Assembly (NCBI GenBank): GCA_963675245.1
Contig: OY775910.1
Location: 672,001 to 736,000 of the forward strand
Length of the DNA stretch: 64,000 nucleotides
From: Acholeplasmataceae bacterium
GTDB lineage: Bacteria > Bacillota_I > Bacilli_A > Acholeplasmatales > Acholeplasmataceae
Direction of reading: 5' to 3'
Below are positions 1 through 8,510 of this stretch, one piece after another. How positions within the stretch are numbered: position 1 is the stretch's first letter; each line of letters starts with the position of its first letter. The position numbers were made by a program, and so were the translations under genes. A model generated the notes under the pieces. The model did not search any database. It saw only the letters and a program-made list of their open reading frames with translations, and had not been told where the DNA came from.

Positions 1-2130
1 ATCTTCAATCGACTCAATTACGCGTGCGACGCCAACCACTTTGCCTCTCGATAGCGGTGTTCCTTGTAGCTTTGAACCCATACCGCTTAATTCTTGTGTG
101 ATATCAATTGGTTTAGGTTTTCCTAAGTAAACATGATTGAATCTCAATTGTTCTTGTTCTTTTAGTAGTCTTCTTCTTATACCGCTCTTTTTAACATAAA
201 GTGGATCTTTATTGAAAATGAGATTTCCTAACTCACGATGTGTTAAGAAATAAATTAAATCTGTTTCAGGGAGTGCGCCTTGATCAACTAGCATTTGTGC
301 AAGTTTTCTATACGCTTGTTTGAATTTATCTACAACGAGAATCATACGTGACTTTGAAAACTCTCTGTTTCTGCATCCATTCCTTGCTTCGTTAATTAAA
401 TATTTAAGTGCTGATCTTTTCATTCCCTTATAGGGTTCTAATATACTCTCGATAGCTTGTTTAGATGTGTTGGCTTCTTTTTCTTTTTCGACGCCTTTTG
501 TTTGTAATACAGATTGTAAATACGCCATTAATCCTAGTTCATCATCTTTCCAACCAACATTTCTTAATTCAGATTCTCTAATAGATCTATGACCGTGTTT
601 GGCTAGAAACTCATTTAAACTTTCTGTCACACTTGCTGGCGCATTTTTCATATAGATTGCAAGTGCGTTGACATCCATGTCCGTAACTTTAGGATTGTCA
701 GAAAACATGGCTCTCGCGATTTTTCTTAATGATCTTAAAATATCAACACTTTCAATATCATCAATATCTTCTAAAACACTAGTTAATTTAGATTTAACAA
801 CATCTTGATCTTTGATATCTTCAGATAGTATGTAATAAATCGCGGAAGACATCGCACCTGAATGAGATGATGTCATATAGTGATACGATAAGGTTTTATT
901 TAAATATTTAGTGTTGTATGTAATTGATTCATATAATGATTCTATGCTTGATTCATCAAATTTAATCTTATTGGCCACTTTAGCGACACGACGTCTCGCT
1001 TTATTCTTAGACATCATGTATTTTGCATAACGAATGCCATTAATTAATTTTGTTAATTTTCCTTTTTCTTGATAATCGTCAATTTGTTCAGATTCTAAGA
1101 CTTTTCCACAAATACCAATATCTACATTTTCTTTTTTAGCTCCTAATACAGCTTTGGCTATGCGATAAAGATATCTCATATTAAAGAATAAATGCCCTTG
1201 ATAGTGGCTTATCAGTAATTCTTCAGGTATTTTCGTTATATCCTTGTACATGCCTATTTTAACGAGCATGTCTCTTAAACCGTAATCGATAGCATATACA
1301 ACCGTCGAGATCGTTAGCGGTGTAATCGCGCCTGGTAACATTTCACCCACGTTGTGATTAGTAATCACATCTTGATCGACTTGAAAGTTTGTATCAATTT
1401 CATCGATTGTTGGATCGTTAAGTGTTGTAATTGGTCTCGCTTGTAGCCAAACAACACTATTGTTCTGGTTGATAGCCCATTCTAGATCCATTGGTGTGGA
1501 CCATGTTTTCTCAGCTTTAATCGCCCCATGGTATAGTGCTTTGATTTGACCTTCAGTTAGCAATCCATCTTGTTCATATATGAGTTTTTTTCTGTTAAGT
1601 TTATATGATTTAGCTTGTTTTGTCCCATCTACTAATGCATTACCCAACCCCTCAACTGCTTCAATGACAACGTTTGATTCACGCGTGAGTGGATCCATTG
1701 AGAAAATAACACCAGCTGCTTTAGCTTCAACCATTTCTTGAATAACAAGGTTCATGTCACTTTGTCCTTGCGTGAAAAAAGCACGATATTTTTGGATTGT
1801 AGATTGATTTAGACTTGCTAGACAACCTTCAACCGCTTTTAAAAACGTGCTTTCATTATCAATATTTAAATAACTTTCATATTGGCCAGCAGAAGAAAAA
1901 TCTAGGCCATCTTCTAAGGTTGCTGAAGATCTTACAGCAACTTTTTTTAATCCTGATTGTTTCCAAAAAGAAACAAGTTCATTAATTTCTTCATCCGTTT
2001 TAACATCTGTAGCTACAAAACCTTTTGCTACGTCAAAACGTGCTTTATTGAGCTGATAAAGCCCTTTTGCTTTTCCGCCTACTTCATTAAGTTTGTTTTC
2101 TGGGATTTGATCAAGCCAATAAATGTTCAT
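1..2130 (-). CDS. PEP-utilising small-molecule phosphotransferase (rifampicin phosphotransferase/PigC/YvkC-like architecture), truncated by window edge
   Basis: Not in the ORF track; translated manually from ATG at 2130 (MNIYWLDQIP). Motifs: GGKAKGL, VAVRSSATLEDGLDFSSAGQYES, EAVEGLGNALVDG, WLQARPITT (ATP-grasp domain), NHNVGEMLPGAITPLT (central domain), LQGTPLSRGKVVGVARV (start of His-swivel domain). Confidence 0.85.
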   Translation of the reverse strand, partial: MNIYWLDQIPENKLNEVGGKAKGLYQLNKARFDVAKGFVATDVKTDEEINELVSFWKQSGLKKVAVRSSATLEDGLDFSSAGQYESYLNIDNESTFLKAVEGCLASLNQSTIQKYRAFFTQGQSDMNLVIQEMVEAKAAGVIFSMDPLTRESNVVIEAVEGLGNALVDGTKQAKSYKLNRKKLIYEQDGLLTEGQIKALYHGAIKAEKTWSTPMDLEWAINQNNSVVWLQARPITTLNDPTIDEIDTNFQVDQDVITNHNVGEMLPGAITPLTISTVVYAIDYGLRDMLVKIGMYKDITKIPEELLISHYQGHLFFNMRYLYRIAKAVLGAKKENVDIGICGKVLESEQIDDYQEKGKLTKLINGIRYAKYMMSKNKARRRVAKVANKIKFDESSIESLYESITYNTKYLNKTLSYHYMTSSHSGAMSSAIYYILSEDIKDQDVVKSKLTSVLEDIDDIESVDILRSLRKIARAMFSDNPKVTDMDVNALAIYMKNAPASVTESLNEFLAKHGHRSIRESELRNVGWKDDELGLMAYLQSVLQTKGVEKEKEANTSKQAIESILEPYKGMKRSALKYLINEARNGCRNREFSKSRMILVVDKFKQAYRKLAQMLVDQGALPETDLIYFLTHRELGNLIFNKDPLYVKKSGIRRRLLKEQEQLRFNHVYLGKPKPIDITQELSGMGSKLQGTPLSRGKVVGVARVIESIED

Positions 2131-2167
2131 CGTTAGTAATAGGCAAAAGCCTTTCCTTCCTAGAAAA

Positions 2168-3217
2168 TTATGTCGTCCATCGCTTTTTATCTTTGTTAAA
2201 TCCAAATTCTAAAATACCACGCGCTGGATATCCATTAATGTCAAACGTGCCAATTCCTTCACAGATTGTATAATTACCATTATCAAAAGGAAATTTAATT
2301 TCTAGTTCTTTGATTGCGTCTATATGAAATGCGAGTCCATTTTCTAATATGATATCATACTTTAGTTCTTTTGGAACATTTCCTGTCAATTCAAACGATT
2401 CTAGCGATGAGAATATTTCAATGTTGTTGACTTTACCTTTATTTTCATAGTAACCTGTTTTTAAATTTTTCATATGAGGATAACTCACCATGTTGACGTT
2501 CAAAGATTCTTCATCACCCATAAGTGCCATCAACCACATATGACGATCCATGTAGTTCCAGTCTCTTCGACCAAATGAATGATCTCTCATGGCGGTCAAC
2601 GTCAATCTTTCTTTTGACCCTTCAATATCTATATCAACTGTCACTATTCCTTGTTGTTCATAATGTCTTTGTTGATTTTCTTTCATGTTTTTTTGAAATG
2701 TTTTATCCCATGTTTCATTAGCAAGTGTTTTGGCCATAAGTTTAGGGTTTAAATGGTATGTAAAATCAAATATTTCAGAAGTAGCTTCAAATATCATTTC
2801 AATGTTAGCTTTCAAAGCTTTTCCAGACACTTTTGCAATACCTTTATTATCAGTTTCTGCTTTATATATATCACCCTTATAAGAAGCCTTCCATGTTTTC
2901 GCTGTTTCTACACATTGAACGGTAACTGGCGCTTTATAGAGCGGATATACTTGCTCTTTATTCGTATAAATTACATCATTTTTCTTATAGGCAACCCAAA
3001 CTTCAATCGTTTGATCACCTCTTTCAGCACGCCTTAAAAACACGCTATTCCCTTTTAAGTCGTGAGCGGAAAAGTAATAACTATTTGTGTCTAGCTTTGT
3101 AGACTCTTGTGGTAATTGATGGTGTTCGGCAATTTCAGCGATAAAAGGTTCTTTTTTATTCTTTTTCTTAATTGAATGTACCATAATCGCTTCTTTTAAA
3201 CGTCTTTTTAAACTCAT
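2168..3217 (-). CDS. Hypothetical protein with HYEQxG and RDHSFGxRDW motifs (possible AttH/CrtC/tocopherol-cyclase-like beta-barrel)
   Basis: 349-aa ORF co-oriented between the SGNH hydrolase and the phosphotransferase; fold call is inference from motifs. Confidence 0.55.
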   Translation of the reverse strand: MSLKRRLKEAIMVHSIKKKNKKEPFIAEIAEHHQLPQESTKLDTNSYYFSAHDLKGNSVFLRRAERGDQTIEVWVAYKKNDVIYTNKEQVYPLYKAPVTVQCVETAKTWKASYKGDIYKAETDNKGIAKVSGKALKANIEMIFEATSEIFDFTYHLNPKLMAKTLANETWDKTFQKNMKENQQRHYEQQGIVTVDIDIEGSKERLTLTAMRDHSFGRRDWNYMDRHMWLMALMGDEESLNVNMVSYPHMKNLKTGYYENKGKVNNIEIFSSLESFELTGNVPKELKYDIILENGLAFHIDAIKELEIKFPFDNGNYTICEGIGTFDINGYPARGILEFGFNKDKKRWTT

Positions 3218-3234
3218 AAAGTGGCCTCTTTCTA

Positions 3235-3972
3235 TTAATTATAAGTTAACGCAGGTTGATTGTAAAGTCTTGGTTGAATAACAGTTGATAACGATTGATA
3301 TTTTGCAATAATGCTTTTTACAATTAATTTTTCGCCAAATATTGAAGGATGTATACCATCAAGACAAATGAGTTCATTTAATTTATCGCCGTTTTCTAAG
3401 AAAACCTTACGAATATCAATTAAATCCACGCCAACTTCCATTGATACCTCTAAAATAGCTAAATTGTATAATTCATGGAATCTATAAATATGCTCAACAT
3501 CCCCTAAGAAAAATAAAATATTATCTGCGTTTCTTCCTTTAGAAACAATCCATTTAAAATATTTTTGTGCATCTAAGGTAGGTAATGTCATTAAAATTGG
3601 GTGCATGCCTTTAGATCTAATCGTGCTGACCATATCTATCAAATGCTCTTTAAAAACCTCTGGTGTCACCTTTGGTAAGTGTTTTTTTGATTTTTTCTTT
3701 GAAACTTTATCCCAATCAAAATCACAATCATTCCCACCAAACTCTATTAATACTGAATCCGCATCAGCGTTTTGAGATAAATATCTATCCAACCTTTTCT
3801 TGCCATCTTTAATGGTCGCTCCCATTTTTGCATGGTTATCAATGCCAATATTTAAGACACGTTCTATTTTTTTCCAATTAATCGCTGTTGAAAATGTGTA
3901 TTTACCTTTTTTTTCATCATAGATAACCCCACGCATAACGGAATCACCAAATATCGCTAGTTTTTTTGTCAT
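3235..3972 (-). CDS. SGNH/GDSL family hydrolase
   Basis: FGDSV, GGND and DGIHP motifs; GGAGG RBS. Confidence 0.9.
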   Translation of the reverse strand: MTKKLAIFGDSVMRGVIYDEKKGKYTFSTAINWKKIERVLNIGIDNHAKMGATIKDGKKRLDRYLSQNADADSVLIEFGGNDCDFDWDKVSKKKSKKHLPKVTPEVFKEHLIDMVSTIRSKGMHPILMTLPTLDAQKYFKWIVSKGRNADNILFFLGDVEHIYRFHELYNLAILEVSMEVGVDLIDIRKVFLENGDKLNELICLDGIHPSIFGEKLIVKSIIAKYQSLSTVIQPRLYNQPALTYN

Positions 3973-4064
3973 ATAACTACCCTCCTGTTACTTCCATCTT
4001 ATTACATGTGCGCTCAAATGGCTCTCTACGGCCTTGTTTTGAGATTATACTGCTCAGTATGCTC

Positions 4065-4095
4065 AGAGTAGAGTGTTTTATAATCACTCTACTCT
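4065..4095. promoter_or_regulatory. Perfect 11-bp inverted repeat enclosing TATAAT; candidate operator in divergent promoter region
   Basis: AGAGTAGAGTG-ttttataat-CACTCTACTCT between divergent SGNH and XRE genes. Confidence 0.55.
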
Positions 4096-4140
4096 CGGTA
4101 GATATTATGTTTTTTCGATATATAGTGGTAAAATAGTGGT

Positions 4141-4758
4141 ATGGAAAAAGAAAAAATAACTCGGGTGATAGCGGCCAATATTCAACGCTATCGAAAATTG
4201 AATGGTTTGACGCAATTAGAACTGGCTAATCAGTTGAATTACTCTGATAAAACAATATCAAAATGGGAACGCGCAGAAGGTGTTCCTGATATATATGTTT
4301 TAGTAGAATTAGCCACATTTTTTGGACTAACTGTTGACGATTTATTGGACGAGAATCCTCCTTTAATTCCAATCAATGCGAAACAAAAAAAGCATCTTAT
4401 GATCACATTAACAGCATTTGCTAGTGTTTGGGTGGTTGCTGTTGCTTTTTATGCGATAGCCATTATGTTATCGTTTAATGTATTCCCTTTATGGATGACA
4501 TTCATTGTTGCTTTACCAATTTCAGCTATCGTTTTGACTGTGTTTACTTCAATATGGACCAGTTATAAGCATATGATTTATCCAGTAACGTTTTTGATTT
4601 GGTCAACAGCACTTTCTTTAACCCTGATTGTTCCAGTACAAAATAGTTATCTATTCTTTATTATTGCAATTCCAGTACAAGTGTTAATTACATTTATTTA
4701 CTTTGTTGTAAGGTATAGAAAAAAAGAAAAACTACTCTTAAAAAAATCAAAAGAATAG
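4141..4758 (+). CDS. XRE-family HTH regulator with C-terminal transmembrane helices
   Basis: RKLNGLTQLELANQLNYSDKTISKWERAEGVPD followed by about four hydrophobic segments. Confidence 0.85.
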   Translation: MEKEKITRVIAANIQRYRKLNGLTQLELANQLNYSDKTISKWERAEGVPDIYVLVELATFFGLTVDDLLDENPPLIPINAKQKKHLMITLTAFASVWVVAVAFYAIAIMLSFNVFPLWMTFIVALPISAIVLTVFTSIWTSYKHMIYPVTFLIWSTALSLTLIVPVQNSYLFFIIAIPVQVLITFIYFVVRYRKKEKLLLKKSKE

Positions 4759-4774
4759 TTCGTTGATAAAATGA

Positions 4775-4805
4775 ATAAAACCGCTCAATAAAGCGGTTTT
4801 TTTAT
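4775..4805. terminator. Bidirectional intrinsic terminator
   Basis: AAAACCGCT/AGCGGTTTT hairpin with A and T tracts between convergent genes. Confidence 0.75.
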
Positions 4806-5620
4806 TAAACTAATTTTGTTCTTAATCTACTTGAGACTGCATCTACAATAAGAACAACCGTTATCAAAGCTACTAAAATGCCTCCCAAGGTTTCCCAACT
4901 TTGGAAATTAATTGATGAAATCATCAGTGTACCTATACCACCGGCACCTATCACACCTAAAACGGTCGCTGATCTTACATTAATATCAAATCTGTATAAT
5001 GCAATTGATGAAAAGTCTGCCATAAGCTGAGGGACAATACCCCATCTTATTTTTTGCATTGTATTAGCCCCAACAGCATCCAAAGCCTCAATAAAACTTC
5101 TGTCCATATTATCAATGGCTTCAGCATATAATTTGCCGATCATTCCTATTGAGTGAATACCAATTGTTAATATACCGGTAAGTGCATTTAAACCAAACCC
5201 TGATAGTAATATAATCGCCAGGATGATTTCTGGAAAAACTCTAATAACAATCAACAGAACTTGTCCTATTTTTGATCCTTTTTTACCACCGATGCTTTCA
5301 CTCGCTAAAAAACCTACTGGAATCGCTAAGACTGCACCAATGAAGGTACCCAAAAATCCTATTGCTACTGTTTCAAACGCTAAATAAAATATGCTTTGAT
5401 TAAATGTATACTGTCCAAAGCCAAACAAATACTCTGGATTAATATCTACTAGTTTTCTGAAAAAAATCTTCATTGTAATTCCGATGCTATCAAATCTCGT
5501 CATATTGATTTGAGACCCTCTAAACGAGAGTACTATAAAAATCAACACAATAATTGCAATGACTACATTATAAATCCATTTTTGAGGTTTTTCTGTTAAT
5601 TTCTGCTCATACTTTGTCAT
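4805..5620 (-). CDS. phnE: Phosphonate/phosphite ABC transporter permease
   Basis: GMIGKLYAEAID and RFDINVRSATVLGVIGAGGIG PhnE motifs. Confidence 0.88.
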   Translation of the reverse strand: MTKYEQKLTEKPQKWIYNVVIAIIVLIFIVLSFRGSQINMTRFDSIGITMKIFFRKLVDINPEYLFGFGQYTFNQSIFYLAFETVAIGFLGTFIGAVLAIPVGFLASESIGGKKGSKIGQVLLIVIRVFPEIILAIILLSGFGLNALTGILTIGIHSIGMIGKLYAEAIDNMDRSFIEALDAVGANTMQKIRWGIVPQLMADFSSIALYRFDINVRSATVLGVIGAGGIGTLMISSINFQSWETLGGILVALITVVLIVDAVSSRLRTKLV

Positions 5621-6477
5621 GTCAGTTTACCTCTTATCCAATTTGTAATGCCTTGTAGTATAAGAACGACAGCAAACAACAACATTAAAGCTAAACCAAT
5701 AATATGATAACTTGTACCCATGTTTGCGCTAATAACTGTACCTATACCACCAGCACCTACATACCCTAGTATTGTAGAGGCTCTAACATTTACTTCGAAA
5801 ATATATAATAAATAACTAAAGAACATGGGTAATACTTGTGGAAGAATAGCCACCCTAAATGCAACAATCCGATTTGCACCTGAAGACTCTAGTGCTTCAA
5901 ATGGTCCCATATCTACAGTTTCAATAACTTCATAAAACATTTTTACCATTATGCCAAATGTGAAAAGAGCAATAGCGATAGTACCTGAGATAACACCACT
6001 CAATATTCCCCCTCCCAAAGCTTGTACAGCAATGGTCGCTAGAACAACCGCGGGAATTGTTCTAAATATATTCATCAAGAACCTAACCGGAACATATATA
6101 TACTTTGTTTTAATCACGTTTTTGGCTGCTAATACAGCAACTGGAAACGCAAGTACAGATCCGATGACCGTACCCGAAAGACTCATTGACAATGTTTCCG
6201 CCAACGGCCCAATTAATTCATCTATATTACCAAAATATCTAGCCCATTTTTCTCCAACTGAATATCCAATATTTGAAAAAAGAGGATCGGGATATGTAAA
6301 CATCAATCTAAGAACTGTCCCTAACTCACTAAAACTGATATTGATTATCATATTACTGACGAAAGCCAACATTAAAATAAAACCAATAACTAGTGCAAGC
6401 ACGATAGAAAGAACAAGCCATATTTTGCTTGTTGGTTTGGTAACTTGTTTTCCATTAGTGAGACTAAATTGTTTCAT
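5617..6477 (-). CDS. phnE: Phosphonate/phosphite ABC transporter permease
   Basis: KMFYEVIE and FEVNVRASTILGYVGAGGIG. Confidence 0.88.
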   Translation of the reverse strand: MKQFSLTNGKQVTKPTSKIWLVLSIVLALVIGFILMLAFVSNMIINISFSELGTVLRLMFTYPDPLFSNIGYSVGEKWARYFGNIDELIGPLAETLSMSLSGTVIGSVLAFPVAVLAAKNVIKTKYIYVPVRFLMNIFRTIPAVVLATIAVQALGGGILSGVISGTIAIALFTFGIMVKMFYEVIETVDMGPFEALESSGANRIVAFRVAILPQVLPMFFSYLLYIFEVNVRASTILGYVGAGGIGTVISANMGTSYHIIGLALMLLFAVVLILQGITNWIRGKLT

Positions 6478-7264
6478 CTAAAACTCCTTGTTTAAGTTCT
6501 TTTTCTCCTAACAAGTCATCATCAGTAAGTGCGCGTCCATAAATTTGAACAAGCATGTTATCATCTATTCCAGAAGAAGGTCCATCATAAACCACTTCTC
6601 CATCTTTAATGCCAATAATTCTGGTCGCATATTTGAGTGCTAAATCGACATGGTGCATATTCGCGATGACTGTAATCCCGAATTTCTTATTAATACGCGA
6701 AAAATCGTTCATTACTTGAACGGTTGTAATTGGATCTAATGAAGCAACTGGTTCATCAGCGAGAATAACTGATGGTTTTTGAGCTAAAGCGCGTGCTAGT
6801 GCCACTCTTTGTTGTTGGCCGCCAGACAACTGATCTGCACGTGTAAATGCTTTATCTAAAATTCCCATTGTATCAATCGCTTCAAGTGCAATCAATTTGT
6901 CTTCCTTAGGAAAAATCCCTATTAGAGTAGGAAAGGTAGGGTGATAAGCCACCCTACCTGCTAGTACATTATTAAATACTGACATTCGCTTAACTAAATT
7001 AAACGATTGGAAAATCATGCCAATATTACGTCTTAACATTCTAAGTTTCGTTCCTGTTAAATCACCAACATTTACACCATTTACTAATAACGTTCCTGTT
7101 GTAATTTTATGCATTCGGTTAATGAGACGTAATAATGTGGATTTTCCTGCTCCAGAAAGACCGATGATTGCAACGAATTCGCCGTCTTTTATTTCTAAAT
7201 TGACATTTTTAAGGGCTTCAACACCGTTAGGATATGTCTTACCAACGTTTTCAAATTTAATCAT
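6464..7264 (-). CDS. phnC: Phosphonate ABC transporter ATP-binding protein
   Basis: GLSGAGKST, LSGGQQQRV, ILADEPVASLDP. Confidence 0.92.
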   Translation of the reverse strand: MIKFENVGKTYPNGVEALKNVNLEIKDGEFVAIIGLSGAGKSTLLRLINRMHKITTGTLLVNGVNVGDLTGTKLRMLRRNIGMIFQSFNLVKRMSVFNNVLAGRVAYHPTFPTLIGIFPKEDKLIALEAIDTMGILDKAFTRADQLSGGQQQRVALARALAQKPSVILADEPVASLDPITTVQVMNDFSRINKKFGITVIANMHHVDLALKYATRIIGIKDGEVVYDGPSSGIDDNMLVQIYGRALTDDDLLGEKELKQGVLDETI

Positions 7265-7286
7265 CGATTTTTTTAATTATTTACTC

Positions 7287-8327
7287 TTATTCTTCGCTAT
7301 GTAAGAATGAATAGAGTCCTCTTTCACCATCATAATCTTCGTCATAAGCTCTAAGATATCCTGAATGATCATAAATAGCAAATATATCTGCACCTTCAGC
7401 TGTAGCAATTAAATCAATAAATGCTTGAGCTAATGCTTCTCTTAAGCCATCTGATAATGAGGCTGTTGTTGAGATTGTATCATTGTAAATACCTGTTGAT
7501 AAAGCAGCTACTTTAGTTGCTTCAAAAATACTTACGCCAGGGTTAGCTTCTTTCCAAGCATCAAAAGCAGAAGAAATACGAGCATCCCAATAAGCAAATG
7601 CAGCATCAACTTCACCGTTTAATAATGCAAGAACAGCGTTTTGATGACCTTGGTAAACTACGTTTTGAACTTGACCAGCACCAGGTGTGCTTGTTGTGAA
7701 TTCAAGTCCGTTTTCATAAAGTAAGAATGATGGATAAACAAATCCTGAACCTGAACCTTCATGTTGTGTAGCAACTGTTTTTCCTTCTAACCATGAAATA
7801 CCTTGTGTGCGAGCAGCATCAACATCATCAGCATTCACTAATAACATTGAATGATATGAACTTACGCTTACATCATCGTTGTATGAACCATCATATGAAG
7901 AATCGTTAATGTTGTCAATGATATCTTCCAAATCAGCAATTTCTTCACCATTAGCAATTTGTGCATTGTATGCACTACGTACAGATGTTAGTAAAACGTT
8001 AACTTTATCTGGAAATTGTAATGTTGTTTGTGCATATTGTTGTGCAGTTAAGAAACCAACGTGTACTTGATTTGAAACCATTGCTTGAACAACGGCTGCA
8101 TAAGATGTACCAATTGATACAACAACATTGATGTCATAACCAGCATCTGCGAGTTTTTCTTCTAATAATCCTCCAAGACTACCTACTTTAGTTAACAACT
8201 CAGAATCTACAGTAGTAGATGGAACAAACTGGACTACCAATGTTTCTGGGTCCCCTTCTCCGCTTTGACATGCTGCTAAACCGAATGCAGCAAACAAAAA
8301 GAGTGCAAAAACTAAAATTTTCTTCAT
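7287..8327 (-). CDS. phnD: Phosphonate/phosphate ABC substrate-binding lipoprotein
   Basis: Lipobox LAAC; FVPS, TSYAAVVQAM, SGSGFVYP, GHQNAVLALLNGEVDAAF, IYNDTIS. Confidence 0.85.
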   Translation of the reverse strand: MKKILVFALFLFAAFGLAACQSGEGDPETLVVQFVPSTTVDSELLTKVGSLGGLLEEKLADAGYDINVVVSIGTSYAAVVQAMVSNQVHVGFLTAQQYAQTTLQFPDKVNVLLTSVRSAYNAQIANGEEIADLEDIIDNINDSSYDGSYNDDVSVSSYHSMLLVNADDVDAARTQGISWLEGKTVATQHEGSGSGFVYPSFLLYENGLEFTTSTPGAGQVQNVVYQGHQNAVLALLNGEVDAAFAYWDARISSAFDAWKEANPGVSIFEATKVAALSTGIYNDTISTTASLSDGLREALAQAFIDLIATAEGADIFAIYDHSGYLRAYDEDYDGERGLYSFLHSEE

Positions 8328-8389
8328 TCTTTGTATCCCCTTTTCCTATGATTTTTTTTGGTTTGTCACTTCAAACAAACCTTAATCTC

Positions 8390-8418
8390 ATTATATTGTT
8401 TAATACTTATATTTTCAA
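8390..8418 (-). promoter_or_regulatory. Sigma70-type promoter of phn operon
   Basis: Minus strand TTGAAA-17 nt-TATAAT. Confidence 0.6.
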
Positions 8419-8451
8419 TGAATTAATCGAATAAAATTTATTTTGTATGTA

Positions 8452-8482
8452 TAAAAATAAAAGGAAGCTTTATGCTTCCTCT
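8452..8482 (-). terminator. Intrinsic terminator after gyrA
   Basis: AGGAAGC/GCTTCCT stem followed by T tract on minus strand. Confidence 0.65.
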
Positions 8483-8510
8483 TAATATATGTTTTTATAG
8501 CGCCTTTTTA

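Noticed and set aside
1..2130. Calling the enzyme ppsA or rph
   Set aside because: The domain order is not that of PpsA, and rifampicin specificity cannot be shown from sequence.
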